From Minisyncoccota bacterium (lineage in GTDB: Bacteria > Patescibacteriota > Minisyncoccia > Phycocordibacterales > UBA9973): 64,000 nucleotides of DNA. Shown one piece after another: positions 38,536 to 48,207 of the stretch. The position numbers and the translations under genes are program-made. The notes below the pieces were generated by a model that saw nothing but the letters and a program-made list of their open reading frames with translations, ran no database searches and was not told the origin of the DNA. How positions within the stretch are numbered: position 1 is the first letter of the stretch; every line of letters begins with the position of its first letter. The stretch is from contig JBBAAI010000001.1 in NCBI GenBank assembly GCA_041658325.1, forward strand, positions 279,266 to 343,265, in the 5' to 3' direction.

Positions 38536-38854
38536 CCTTTCCTCCATTTCTCCCTCTCTCAGAGGGATTTTTTTCCCTCTATTTTCACTTGTCAAAGTTC
38601 CAAAAGGATCGCAAGTTGCCAATCCTTCTAGAATAGCCTCTGAATTTTCCATTAATATTGTATTATAAAGAACAACAAATGTCAATAGCAAAAAAAAAGA
38701 AGGAAAAGGTTTTTCTTAACGTGGGTCTTGACATTTTTGTAGTAATAGTAGATAATGTGATCTATTATAAGATCGATAAAATAAGTAATAAATGTTGGGT
38801 TTAATGCGTCTTTATTAGAAGGTCAATTAATTTAGTAGTTAATATTAAAGATAT

Positions 38855-40942
38855 ATGAAAAAGATAAATAATATTGTTTTTGGTTTATTGGTCGCAACGT
38901 TGTTCGCTGGTGTTACTCCAGGTGTAGTTTTCGCAGCTGATAATGAAAGTATTTCATTAGCAGGAGTTGACGCTCGCACGATTGTAACAAACGGAACGAC
39001 GAGTTATGTTTCTAATTTTAATAATACTAATGTTTCAACATTAGATTTTAGTCTTATTCCTCCCGCTTTATCTGCGACAGCTTCGCTTGTTGGTGATGGT
39101 GCTTATGGTCTTTCTTTTGCTAGCGGTAATCTTTTTATAGCAGCTGGAAAATATGATTCAGCTTCCACTTATGGTGGGTTGCAAGTACTTGGCACTTCTG
39201 CTATTTATGGAAAAACTGATACCTATACATACAGTAAGGTTTTCGCTGTAAGCGGTGGATCAGCTTTCTCTGCCTTTCTTGATGGCTCATATATTCCTTA
39301 TCTTGAAGCAGTTTCGTACGATGGTGCTTCTACCATTACTCCTGTTTCTGATGTTGCATTAGATACAACATCAGTTAATGATATTACTGCACTTACTATT
39401 TCTGGAAGTAATGCATATGTTGGGATACAGGATAGTTCAAATGCCGGTTATGTTAAGGTTGTAGATACTTCTACAATGACTTCAACTGGAACATACACGA
39501 CCACTGACACCATAACTTCTGTAACAGTAAGCGGAAGCAATCTATATGTAGGACACGGAAACAAGGTTGATGTTGTAGATACTTCTGGATTAAGTCTTTC
39601 GTCTACTATAGAGACAGGGGCAACAGTCAATGGTTTAGCAACTGATGGAACCTATCTCTATGTGGCAAATGCAAATGGACTTAGAGTTTACACTCTTTCA
39701 GGTTCATTCGTAGGTGAACGTAATACTACAATGAGTGCCACCGCAGTTTCTGTCGATGGTGGTTTTATTTATGTTGCAACCAGTAACGGAACAAATAGTG
39801 AAGTATTTAAAATTAAAATGGTAGTTATCACTTTGACTGGAGCTAATCCACAAACTATAGAATTTGGTGCTGGCTATACAGAATTAGGTGCAACAGTTAG
39901 CGATGGTTCAACTCCTGTAATTACTTCAGACTTTGTTGACGCAATTGGTTCTTATACTGTTACTTATACTGCAGTTGATGCTTCAAGTAATCCCGGTTTT
40001 CAAGTTACAAGAACAGTAAATGTTTCTGACACTACCGCCCCAACAATTACTCTTTTGGGAGCTAATCCACAAAATATTCAGCAAGGTTCTGGTTATACAG
40101 AGTTGGGTGCAACTACGAACGATGGTTCTTCTGTGCAAATAAACACTTCTGCTTTTGTTGACGCAGTTGGTTCTTATGTCATTACTTATGATTCAGTTGA
40201 TGCTTCAGGAAATCATGCAACCCAAGTTGAAAGAAGGGTAAATGTTACTGGCCCAGTAGGCGGCGGTGGAGGCGGTAGCGGTGGTGGCGGATCCTCTGGA
40301 GACACCACTCCTCCCACAGACACTTCTATCTCTATCAGTGCAGGAGCAACTTCCACAGCTACACTAGCCGTTTCTCTAACTCTCGGAGCTACTGGTGCTA
40401 CTCAAATGATCATCTCAAACGATGCAGGATTTGCTGGAGCATCTTGGGAAACATATGCGACAAGTAGAGCTTGGACACTTACTTCTGGAGATGGATTGAA
40501 GACAGTTTATGCAAAGTTCAAAGATGCTGCTGGTAACATATCTGCTGCTATTTCAGATACTATTACTGTTTCTGGAAGTGGGACGACAACAACCACTACT
40601 GGATCTATTCCTGGATGTACTGGAACCACTGGTTACAGTATCACTACTGGCCAATCTTGTGCGGGAAATACAGGAGGGCAAGTTTTGGGCGCTGAAAAAT
40701 TTATTTTCACACTTTTCCTAAAACAAACAACTCCTCCACCATATCCAAAACTTGTTGCCTATGTTAATGAGGTAAAAGAACTTCAAAAATTCTTGAATGC
40801 TGCTCCATATAATAGTGGTTTAGTAGTTGATGGCAAATTTGGTCCACTGACTAAGGCTGCAGTTATTAAATTCCAATTGGCAAATGGATTAGTAGGGGAT
40901 GGTAAAGTTGGTCCTCTTACCCGAGCAGTGTTGAACAAATAA
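38855..40942 (+). CDS. large surface protein: beta-propeller, two DUF5011/Ig-like repeats and a peptidoglycan-binding domain
   Basis: Signal peptide; repeated ITLxGANPQ...YTELGAT; Gly linker; VKELQKFLN...DGKFGPLTKAAVIKFQ...DGKVGPLTR. Confidence 0.85.
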   Translation: MKKINNIVFGLLVATLFAGVTPGVVFAADNESISLAGVDARTIVTNGTTSYVSNFNNTNVSTLDFSLIPPALSATASLVGDGAYGLSFASGNLFIAAGKYDSASTYGGLQVLGTSAIYGKTDTYTYSKVFAVSGGSAFSAFLDGSYIPYLEAVSYDGASTITPVSDVALDTTSVNDITALTISGSNAYVGIQDSSNAGYVKVVDTSTMTSTGTYTTTDTITSVTVSGSNLYVGHGNKVDVVDTSGLSLSSTIETGATVNGLATDGTYLYVANANGLRVYTLSGSFVGERNTTMSATAVSVDGGFIYVATSNGTNSEVFKIKMVVITLTGANPQTIEFGAGYTELGATVSDGSTPVITSDFVDAIGSYTVTYTAVDASSNPGFQVTRTVNVSDTTAPTITLLGANPQNIQQGSGYTELGATTNDGSSVQINTSAFVDAVGSYVITYDSVDASGNHATQVERRVNVTGPVGGGGGGSGGGGSSGDTTPPTDTSISISAGATSTATLAVSLTLGATGATQMIISNDAGFAGASWETYATSRAWTLTSGDGLKTVYAKFKDAAGNISAAISDTITVSGSGTTTTTTGSIPGCTGTTGYSITTGQSCAGNTGGQVLGAEKFIFTLFLKQTTPPPYPKLVAYVNEVKELQKFLNAAPYNSGLVVDGKFGPLTKAAVIKFQLANGLVGDGKVGPLTRAVLNK

Positions 40943-40956
40943 TTCTCATTAAGAAT

Positions 40957-40990
40957 AACAAAGCCCTATCTTTACAGATAGGGCTTTGTT
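40957..40990. terminator. intrinsic terminator
   Basis: AACAAAGCCCTATCT-TTAC-AGATAGGGCTTTGTT. Confidence 0.8.
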
Positions 40991-41005
40991 TGTTATAATT
41001 GGATA

Positions 41006-41971
41006 ATGTTTAATTGGTTAAAAAAGCATTTTATTCCGCATGAGGGAAATGAACATCGTCCGCATATTTTGCGTGATTATAATATTCGTAATATTGTTGC
41101 TGTTATTTTATTTTTGGAAATATTTACTTTTTTAATACCAACTCTTACTCACATAAATATAACAGGTGGTATGGCGGCGGTGTTGCCTGGGGTTTTATCT
41201 ATTCTCACAAACGAAGAACGTCAATCACAAAACCTCAAAACACTTACAGTAAGTCCAGTTTTAAATCAAGTGGCAGAAATGAAAGCCAAAGATATGGCTA
41301 CAAAAGGATACTTTGCGCATATTAGTCCAGAGGGAAAAACCCCTTGGTATTGGCTTGAAAAAGTAGGATACAAATATCAATATGCTGGAGAAAATCTTGC
41401 TATCAATTTCAATGATTCGAAAGATGTTACGAATGCATGGATGGCAAGTCCAACTCATAAAAAAAATATTATGAAAGGAAACTACACTGAGATTGGCACA
41501 GGTATCGCTATGGGAATTTATGAAGGAAGAGAAACGATTTTTGTAGCGCAAGTATATGCTAATCCTCTTTCAAAAACAGAAACTCAAACGGAGCCTATAA
41601 AAAAACCTACCCCTACCTCTGTAATTAGAGAAGAGTCAACAAATGTTCTTGGAGCAGAGGTTGCTGTTAATATAGAAAACGTTGATGTTGTGCCACCTGC
41701 TCCAATTTTACAACCAACACTTTGGCAAAAAGCTTTTTCTTCTCCTCGTAATACAATGAATATAATTTTGTTTAGCATATTTGCTGTAATTGGTTTTGCT
41801 TTGCTTTTATACATACTTGTAAAAGCAAGACAATATCACCTTGATCTGATAACAAATGGACTGATTGTTCTTGCTATTTTAGGAGCAATTTTTATTGTGA
41901 ATTACTATTTTAGTAATAAAAATATGGTTATTACTCAAAGTATGGATTATTCTCTAGGCTCAAATAATTAG
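41006..41971 (+). CDS. CAP/SCP-domain membrane protein
   Basis: LTNEER, KAKDMA..GYFAH, AGENLA and WMASPTHKKNI. Confidence 0.92.
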   Translation: MFNWLKKHFIPHEGNEHRPHILRDYNIRNIVAVILFLEIFTFLIPTLTHINITGGMAAVLPGVLSILTNEERQSQNLKTLTVSPVLNQVAEMKAKDMATKGYFAHISPEGKTPWYWLEKVGYKYQYAGENLAINFNDSKDVTNAWMASPTHKKNIMKGNYTEIGTGIAMGIYEGRETIFVAQVYANPLSKTETQTEPIKKPTPTSVIREESTNVLGAEVAVNIENVDVVPPAPILQPTLWQKAFSSPRNTMNIILFSIFAVIGFALLLYILVKARQYHLDLITNGLIVLAILGAIFIVNYYFSNKNMVITQSMDYSLGSNN

Positions 41972-42077
41972 CCGTTGTATTAATATCTTGTTTTGAAAGT
42001 AAATTAAATAGTAAATTGCATTTTTTTTCAATATAAAGTATAATTTTATTAATCTTTTATTAATAACAAAAAAATAT

Positions 42078-42203
42078 ATGGCAAAAAGAGGAACCACACT
42101 TAGCCCCAAAAATAAATCAAGACGCTCTCATAAAACCAAAAAGCGTTTAGAAATCAAAAGACTTATGTTGGCCAAAAAGGTCGCTCATAAAAAGTTTAAA
42201 TAA
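42078..42203 (+). CDS. small very basic protein, 41 aa (MAKRGTTLSPKNKSRRSHKTKKRLEIKRLMLAKKVAHKKFK)
   Basis: Hand-translated ORF below the track cutoff; TTGCAT/TATAAT promoter upstream; stops 8 nt before the next ATG. Confidence 0.7.
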   Translation: MAKRGTTLSPKNKSRRSHKTKKRLEIKRLMLAKKVAHKKFK

Positions 42204-42211
42204 AATTCTAT

Positions 42212-42886
42212 ATGGAAAACATTAAAAATCACAGTGTCTGGATTATTAGTGCAGGATTATTGGTTTTTTCTATTATATTTTTTATCTCCGCGCAAGCTTT
42301 TTCGGATCAGGGTTCTTTTGTCGAAGTAAAAGGTTTGTCGGAAAAAATAGTCAAAGCCGATGTTGCAATTTGGTCTATTAATTTTGAAGTAAAATCAAAT
42401 AATATAGATTCTCTGTATGCTGATATAGAAAAAAATACTTCAACTATTCAATCATTTCTTGTAGAAAAAGGTTTTGAAAAATCGGAAATAAATGTTGCCC
42501 CCGTTAATATTTATCAAGATACATATAAAGATGCTTTATTCAGATATAATTCTAACACTCAACTTTCTGTTTATACAAAAAAAGTTGATCTAGTGCGATC
42601 GGCTTCAAAGGAAACATTGTTATTGGTTAAAAAGGGGGTCACTTTAAATCAAAATTCAATTGTTTTTGAATATTCTGATATAAATAGTATTAAACCCCAA
42701 ATGCTCGCTGAAGCTATAAAGAATGCAAAAATATCAGCGCAACAATTTGCACAGGAATCAGGATCACGTCTTGGTTCTATTTCTCGTGGAAATCAAGGTG
42801 TGTTTGATATTTCTGAAAAAGATCCAGGATCTCCTGAATATAAAAAGATTCGCGTTGTTTCTACCTTAAGATTTTTATTAAAATAG
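42212..42886 (+). CDS. SIMPL/DUF541-domain protein
   Basis: VEVKGLSEKIVKADVAIW...KPQMLAEAIKNA...KKIRVVST. Confidence 0.88.
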   Translation: MENIKNHSVWIISAGLLVFSIIFFISAQAFSDQGSFVEVKGLSEKIVKADVAIWSINFEVKSNNIDSLYADIEKNTSTIQSFLVEKGFEKSEINVAPVNIYQDTYKDALFRYNSNTQLSVYTKKVDLVRSASKETLLLVKKGVTLNQNSIVFEYSDINSIKPQMLAEAIKNAKISAQQFAQESGSRLGSISRGNQGVFDISEKDPGSPEYKKIRVVSTLRFLLK

Positions 42887-42905
42887 GTGTTTAATAATAT
42901 TTAAT

Positions 42906-43304
42906 ATGCTAAAGGATTTCAAACAATTTTTACTCAGAGGGAATGTTGTTGATTTAGCAGTTGGTGTTGTCATTGGTGCTTCTTTTGGAACAGTGGTAAC
43001 AGCTCTTGTTTCAGATTTATTGACGCCATTTATTTCAGCAATAATAAAAATTCCAGATTTTAATACTCTTTTTTTCACCATAAATGGAAGCAAGTTTATG
43101 TATGGGCATTTATTAAATGTCCTTATTTCGTTTGTGCTTGTTGCTGGAACTATTTTCTTCTTTATTGTTAAACCGATGAATATCCTAATTTCTAAATCTC
43201 ACAAAGAACCACCCTCTGATCCTACCACTAAAAAATGTAAGGAATGTCTAAGCGAAATACCAATTGAAGCAAAACGTTGTTCGCACTGCACTCAAGTTTT
43301 ATAG
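42906..43304 (+). CDS. mscL: large-conductance mechanosensitive channel with a C-terminal Cys4 motif
   Basis: FKQFLLRGNVVDLAVGVVIG; C-terminal CKEC...CSHC. Confidence 0.95.
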   Translation: MLKDFKQFLLRGNVVDLAVGVVIGASFGTVVTALVSDLLTPFISAIIKIPDFNTLFFTINGSKFMYGHLLNVLISFVLVAGTIFFFIVKPMNILISKSHKEPPSDPTTKKCKECLSEIPIEAKRCSHCTQVL

Positions 43305-43355
43305 TTTTTTAGGAATGTAATCTGTTTTAACCTAAATAATTAATTTGTTGTAGTT

Positions 43356-43832
43356 ATGCAAAAAAAATCTTCTCCAAAAAAAAATAAAAAAACAGTTATG
43401 GTTAGTGGAGGATTTGATCCTGTGCACATAGGACACGTGCGAATGTTCAATGAGGCAAAAAGATTGGGAGACAGACTTGTGGTAGTAATAAATAATGATA
43501 ATTGGCTGAGATTAAAAAAGGGATATTCTTTTATGTCGGAAGACGAAAGAAAAGAAATTATTGAAGCCTTCAACTCAGTTGACGAAGTGGTAATAACTAG
43601 CCACACGGAAAACACAAAAGACATTAGTGTTTGCGAAGAAATACGTAAAATAAAACCACATATTTTTGCGAATGGTGGAGACAGGAAACCAGATGGTGAT
43701 CCAGTTCCAGAGGTAACAGTTTGTGCAGAGCTTGGTATCCAAATGGTTTATAATGTAGGACTTGGTGGAAAAGTTCAAAGCTCGTCGGAGCTTGTAAAAA
43801 AAGCAAAAAAAATAAGCAAAAAGAAAAAATAA
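43356..43832 (+). CDS. cytidylyltransferase-like nucleotidyltransferase
   Basis: SGGFDPVHIGH (HIGH), FANGGDR and KVQSSS. Confidence 0.88.
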   Translation: MQKKSSPKKNKKTVMVSGGFDPVHIGHVRMFNEAKRLGDRLVVVINNDNWLRLKKGYSFMSEDERKEIIEAFNSVDEVVITSHTENTKDISVCEEIRKIKPHIFANGGDRKPDGDPVPEVTVCAELGIQMVYNVGLGGKVQSSSELVKKAKKISKKKK

Positions 43833-43833
43833 A

Positions 43834-44601
43834 ATGTTACCACAAAAAAAAATTATTGCTTTTGATCTTGATGGAACCTTAACCGTAAGTAAAAGTCTGA
43901 TAACGGAAGAGGTTGCTGATTTAGTTAAACAACTTGCTAAACAAAAAATCGTTGTGATAATCAGTGGCGGATGGTTAAAACAATTTAAAACACAATTTCT
44001 TCCGCCTTTTCACGGTGATGATTCTATGGCTCCTTTTGTTCGTAATTTAATCTTGTTGCCGACGAGTGGAAGTCAGAGATATGAATATAATGAAGAAAAA
44101 AAAGAGTGGGAACTTACTGACAAAGAACCACTAGATGATGGCGTAAAAGAGCGAGCGAAGAAATTACTGCAAGGTGTTATTGATTCTGGTTTATATGATA
44201 TACCGTCGAATCCGATAGGCGAAATTATTGAAGACAGAGATACCCAAATAACCTTTACCCCGAACGGTCAGCAAGCGCCGATAGAGTTGAAGAGACTTTG
44301 GGATCCTGATAGAAAAAAAAGGGAAAAAATAAGAGCAACGCTGGCTCCACAATTACCAGAAGTTGATCTTTTGATTAACGGGAGCTCTAGTATTGATATT
44401 TTAGCAAAAGGATTTAATAAGGCGGTGGGATTAACACGACTACTGGATAAACTCCATCTTCAAAAATCAGACATGCTTTTTGTGGGAGATGCGCTTTTTC
44501 CAGGGGGAAATGACTATTCTGTTTTTGAGGCGGGGATAGAAACCATTGCGGTAAAAGGACCAGAGGAAACTGCTTCTGTTATTAGGCAGTGGGTTGGCTA
44601 A
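43834..44601 (+). CDS. HAD-IIB hydrolase, eukaryote-type phosphomannomutase-like
   Basis: FDLDGTL, IEDR, WDPD, GFNKA and GDALFPGGND. Confidence 0.85.
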   Translation: MLPQKKIIAFDLDGTLTVSKSLITEEVADLVKQLAKQKIVVIISGGWLKQFKTQFLPPFHGDDSMAPFVRNLILLPTSGSQRYEYNEEKKEWELTDKEPLDDGVKERAKKLLQGVIDSGLYDIPSNPIGEIIEDRDTQITFTPNGQQAPIELKRLWDPDRKKREKIRATLAPQLPEVDLLINGSSSIDILAKGFNKAVGLTRLLDKLHLQKSDMLFVGDALFPGGNDYSVFEAGIETIAVKGPEETASVIRQWVG

Positions 44602-44630
44602 AAAATCATTTAGTAATATAATAGAAGAAT

Positions 44631-44981
44631 ATGGAGGGACTTAAAATATATAAAGAGGAACGTCCGTGGGGCGGATTTGAGCAATTTGTCCAGAATACTC
44701 TCTCAACAGTAAAAATTATTTTAGTAAAAAAAGATGAAGCCTTTAGTTTGCAGTATCATAACAACAGAAAAGAGTTTTGGAAAATTCTTTCCGGAACGCC
44801 AGAAATTACAATAGGGGATTCTGTTGTTCGGGCAAAAGAAGGAGATGAATTTGAAATACCACCGAAAACAAAACATCGTGTTCATTCTAGTGATACTGAT
44901 ACAGAATTTTTAGAAATTTCGCTTGGGGAGTTTGATGAAAATGATATTATAAGGCTAGAAGACAAATATGGCCGTGCTTAA
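44631..44981 (+). CDS. mannose-6-phosphate isomerase, cupin type (stand-alone ManC C-terminal-like)
   Basis: ERPWG, SLQYH..RKEFW and DENDIIRLEDKYGR. Confidence 0.88.
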   Translation: MEGLKIYKEERPWGGFEQFVQNTLSTVKIILVKKDEAFSLQYHNNRKEFWKILSGTPEITIGDSVVRAKEGDEFEIPPKTKHRVHSSDTDTEFLEISLGEFDENDIIRLEDKYGRA

Positions 44982-46212
44982 AAAAAGGAAAATAATTAAA
45001 AAAAAGAAAATTAAAATTGCTGTAAAAAAGAAAACAGTAATAAAAAAAGTTTCTCCAAAAAAGAAAAAGAAAGTTATTGTAGTGCGAAGAAAAATAATAA
45101 AGAAAAAGATTGTAAAAAAAACAGTATTGAAACCAAAAAAGAAAGGCAAAAAATTAGCAAAAATTTTAAAACTTTCCAGATCTTCGCGTAATCCAATTAT
45201 TGATCCAGGGGCACATTATTGGGAATCTCAAGCTGTCTTTAACCCAGCAACAGTTGTTTCAAATGGACGCATACACCTTTTTTATCGAGCTCTTGGTGGA
45301 GACGGTATTTCTCGTATTGGTTATGCTTCTAGTAAAGATGGAATAAATTTTGATGAAAGACTTTCTTATCCAGTTTATTTTTTGAAAAACGATGAAGAAA
45401 TGAAAAAGCATTGGCCTTATACTTCTCCCGCACGACCTGTTTATGACACGGCTCTCTATGCTTCAGGTGGAGGGTGGGGTGGTTGTGAAGACCCTCGTGC
45501 AGTGTTAATAGGAGATAAAGTATATATGACTGTTAATATTTTTAATGGTTGGAATTCTATACGGGTAGCGGTAATTTCGATTAAAGAGGAAGATTTATTA
45601 GATAAAAAATGGCTTTGGCAAGATTTTTCTTACCTCTCTCATCTAGGAGATAGGCAAAAAAATTGGCTTTTATTTCCTGAAAAGATAAACGGTAAATTTG
45701 CGATATTTCACAATTTAGATAAAGGTGATCCATCGCGGGTGTCCATTGCTTTTGTAAATAAGCTTGATACTTCTGAAACACCCTCCGGGAAGAATGCTCC
45801 AGATCCCCAGACTCTACCAGATCACATTGTGGCTTGGCATAAACGTACTCGTAGTGCCGCTGCTCCACCGATTAAAACCAAAGAGGGTTGGCTTCTTTTA
45901 TACCATGCTATGGACAAAGACAATTCTCGTTATAAATTAGGTGCATTATTGCTTGATTTAAAAGATCCGGAGAAAGTTCTTTATCGAGCCCAGCATCCGA
46001 TTCTTGAGCCAGAGACTTGGTATGAAAATGATTGGAAGCCAGGAATTATTTATGCGAGTGGCGCGATTGTGTTGAAAGATAAACTTTTTGTCTATTATGG
46101 AGGAGGAGATAAACACATCGGTGTAGCATCAATAAAACTCTCCGACTTGATAGATAGTATGAAAAAGAATGGATCGGTAAAATTAGAAAAAAACAAATCA
46201 CTAAAATTTTAA
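44968..46212 (+). CDS. GH130-like glycoside phosphorylase/hydrolase with a Lys-rich N-terminus
   Basis: AVFNPA, GCEDPR, KNWLLFPEKINGK, GWLLLYH and YYGGGD. Confidence 0.88.
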   Translation: MAVLKKRKIIKKKKIKIAVKKKTVIKKVSPKKKKKVIVVRRKIIKKKIVKKTVLKPKKKGKKLAKILKLSRSSRNPIIDPGAHYWESQAVFNPATVVSNGRIHLFYRALGGDGISRIGYASSKDGINFDERLSYPVYFLKNDEEMKKHWPYTSPARPVYDTALYASGGGWGGCEDPRAVLIGDKVYMTVNIFNGWNSIRVAVISIKEEDLLDKKWLWQDFSYLSHLGDRQKNWLLFPEKINGKFAIFHNLDKGDPSRVSIAFVNKLDTSETPSGKNAPDPQTLPDHIVAWHKRTRSAAAPPIKTKEGWLLLYHAMDKDNSRYKLGALLLDLKDPEKVLYRAQHPILEPETWYENDWKPGIIYASGAIVLKDKLFVYYGGGDKHIGVASIKLSDLIDSMKKNGSVKLEKNKSLKF

Positions 46213-46221
46213 TAAGTATTT

Positions 46222-48159
46222 ATGTACGTAGTAAAAAGATCTCATCATAATCCAATCCTTGCCCCATATAGAGACCATTATTGGGAGGCTTTTGCTACGT
46301 TCAATATGAGTGTCGTAAAAAAAGGTAAAACTTTTTATGGTGTATATCGCGCTATTTCGGCAGAAGATAGATTACTTACTCCACATCAAATTTCTACTAT
46401 AGGTATAGGAAAAAGTGAGAACACTGTGCACTTTGAAGATTGTGTACCTTTTATTGTACCTGAAGAAGAATGGGAAAAATACGGTTGTGAAGATCCACGC
46501 ATTACTTTCTTTGAAGGAAATTATTATACATTTTATACAGCTCTTTCAAAATATCCTTTTGAAGCCAGCGGAATCAAAGTTGCTGTAGCGATTTCAAAAG
46601 ATTTAAAAAAAATCGATGAAAGACATTTGATAACACCTTTTAATGCGAAAGCAATGACTCTTTTCCCGGAACGCATCAATGGAAAGATCACGGTTATTGT
46701 TACGGTAAATACAGATATGCCTCCCTCGAAAATTGCGATAGCACAAGTAGATAAAATAGAAGATTTGTGGAATCAAAAGTTTTGGGAAAAATGGTATTTG
46801 AACATAGATAAATATGCAGTTGATTTTAGAAGAGTACCGTCTGACCATACAGAGATTGGAGCTTCGCCAATTAAAACTGCTCACGGTTGGTTGCTCTTGT
46901 ATTCACATATTCAAAATTATTTTCCTGGGGGAGACGGCTCTGATCGTATCTTTGGAATTGAAGCGGTACTTCTCGATATTAATAATCCTCTTAAAATTTT
47001 AGGACGGACGCGTAGTCCTCTTTTAGTCCCTAGAGAATCATATGAACTGTTAGGGCATGTTTCTGATATAGTTTTTCCCTCGGGCGCAATTTTAGAAAAA
47101 GATACACTTTATATTTATTATGGGGCAGCAGATACAACGACTTGTATGGCTCATGTAAATTTGACTGATCTTTTGGGAACAATTCGTCCAGAAACTTCTC
47201 ACAAATGGCGTTTTTGTCGTTCTTCTAAAAACCCAATTATCACACCAGAAAAAACACATTCATGGGAATCTAAAGCTACGTTTAATCCAGCTGCTTTAAG
47301 AATCCGTGGGATAACCCATTTATTATATCGAGCGCTTTCAGAAGATAATACTTCCTCTATTGGTTATGCTAAAAGTAAAGATGGTATTACTTTCTACGAA
47401 AGATCTGAGCAACCCATTTATATTCCAAGAGAAGATTTTGAATTAAAAAAAGTTGCAGGTGGTAATTCTGGTTGCGAGGATCCTAGATTAACGAAAATAG
47501 GGAAAATTATTTATATGTGCTACACAGCCTTTGATGGCATTGGTCCGCCACGTGTTGCTGTTACTTCTATCACAGAGAAAAATTTTCTTCTTAAAAATTG
47601 GCAATGGGAAAAACCTACCATAATAACACCTGCCGGTTTTGATGATAAAGATACTTGTATTTTTCCTGAAAAAACAAATGGTAAATATTTTATTTTGCAC
47701 CGAGTGGGAGATGAAATGTGTGGAGATTATCTTAAGGCACTTAATTTTAAAACTCAAATAGTTAAAAAATGTACCAGAATCATAGGACCAAGAAAAAACA
47801 GTTGGGACAGTTTAAGAGTTGGAATATCTGCTCCACCAATAAAAACAAAATATGGATGGCTGCTTCTTTATCATGGTATTTCAAAAAGCCATCATACCTA
47901 TCGTATCGGAGCTCTTTTACTTGACCTTAAAGATCCAGCTATAATTTTGGCGCGTTCATCTGATCCTATCTTTGAGCCAGAAGAATTATATGAAAAGGTT
48001 GGTATAGTTAATAACGTTGTTTTCCCGTGCGGGATGGTAGAGAAAGATGGTTTGCTTTATATATATTATGGTGGGGCGGATACAGTTGTCGGAGTAGCCA
48101 CTATGGATCTTAAAATTCTTTTAAGAGCTCTCATGAGGGATATAAAGAAAAAAAGGTAA
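46222..48159 (+). CDS. tandem two-domain GH130-like glycoside phosphorylase
   Basis: Two sets of FN, GCEDPR, FPE, GWLLLY, VFP and YYGxAD motifs. Confidence 0.9.
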   Translation: MYVVKRSHHNPILAPYRDHYWEAFATFNMSVVKKGKTFYGVYRAISAEDRLLTPHQISTIGIGKSENTVHFEDCVPFIVPEEEWEKYGCEDPRITFFEGNYYTFYTALSKYPFEASGIKVAVAISKDLKKIDERHLITPFNAKAMTLFPERINGKITVIVTVNTDMPPSKIAIAQVDKIEDLWNQKFWEKWYLNIDKYAVDFRRVPSDHTEIGASPIKTAHGWLLLYSHIQNYFPGGDGSDRIFGIEAVLLDINNPLKILGRTRSPLLVPRESYELLGHVSDIVFPSGAILEKDTLYIYYGAADTTTCMAHVNLTDLLGTIRPETSHKWRFCRSSKNPIITPEKTHSWESKATFNPAALRIRGITHLLYRALSEDNTSSIGYAKSKDGITFYERSEQPIYIPREDFELKKVAGGNSGCEDPRLTKIGKIIYMCYTAFDGIGPPRVAVTSITEKNFLLKNWQWEKPTIITPAGFDDKDTCIFPEKTNGKYFILHRVGDEMCGDYLKALNFKTQIVKKCTRIIGPRKNSWDSLRVGISAPPIKTKYGWLLLYHGISKSHHTYRIGALLLDLKDPAIILARSSDPIFEPEELYEKVGIVNNVVFPCGMVEKDGLLYIYYGGADTVVGVATMDLKILLRALMRDIKKKR

Positions 48160-48207
48160 GAGTTATTTTGGGTATCATCGTTTTATGATATAATCTCTCT
48201 ATATAGT

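Noticed and set aside
37431-38668. Cluster of small overlapping ORFs in the GC-rich segment
   Set aside because: Expected from fewer stop codons at higher GC; the long minus-strand ORF with SD and signal peptide explains the region.
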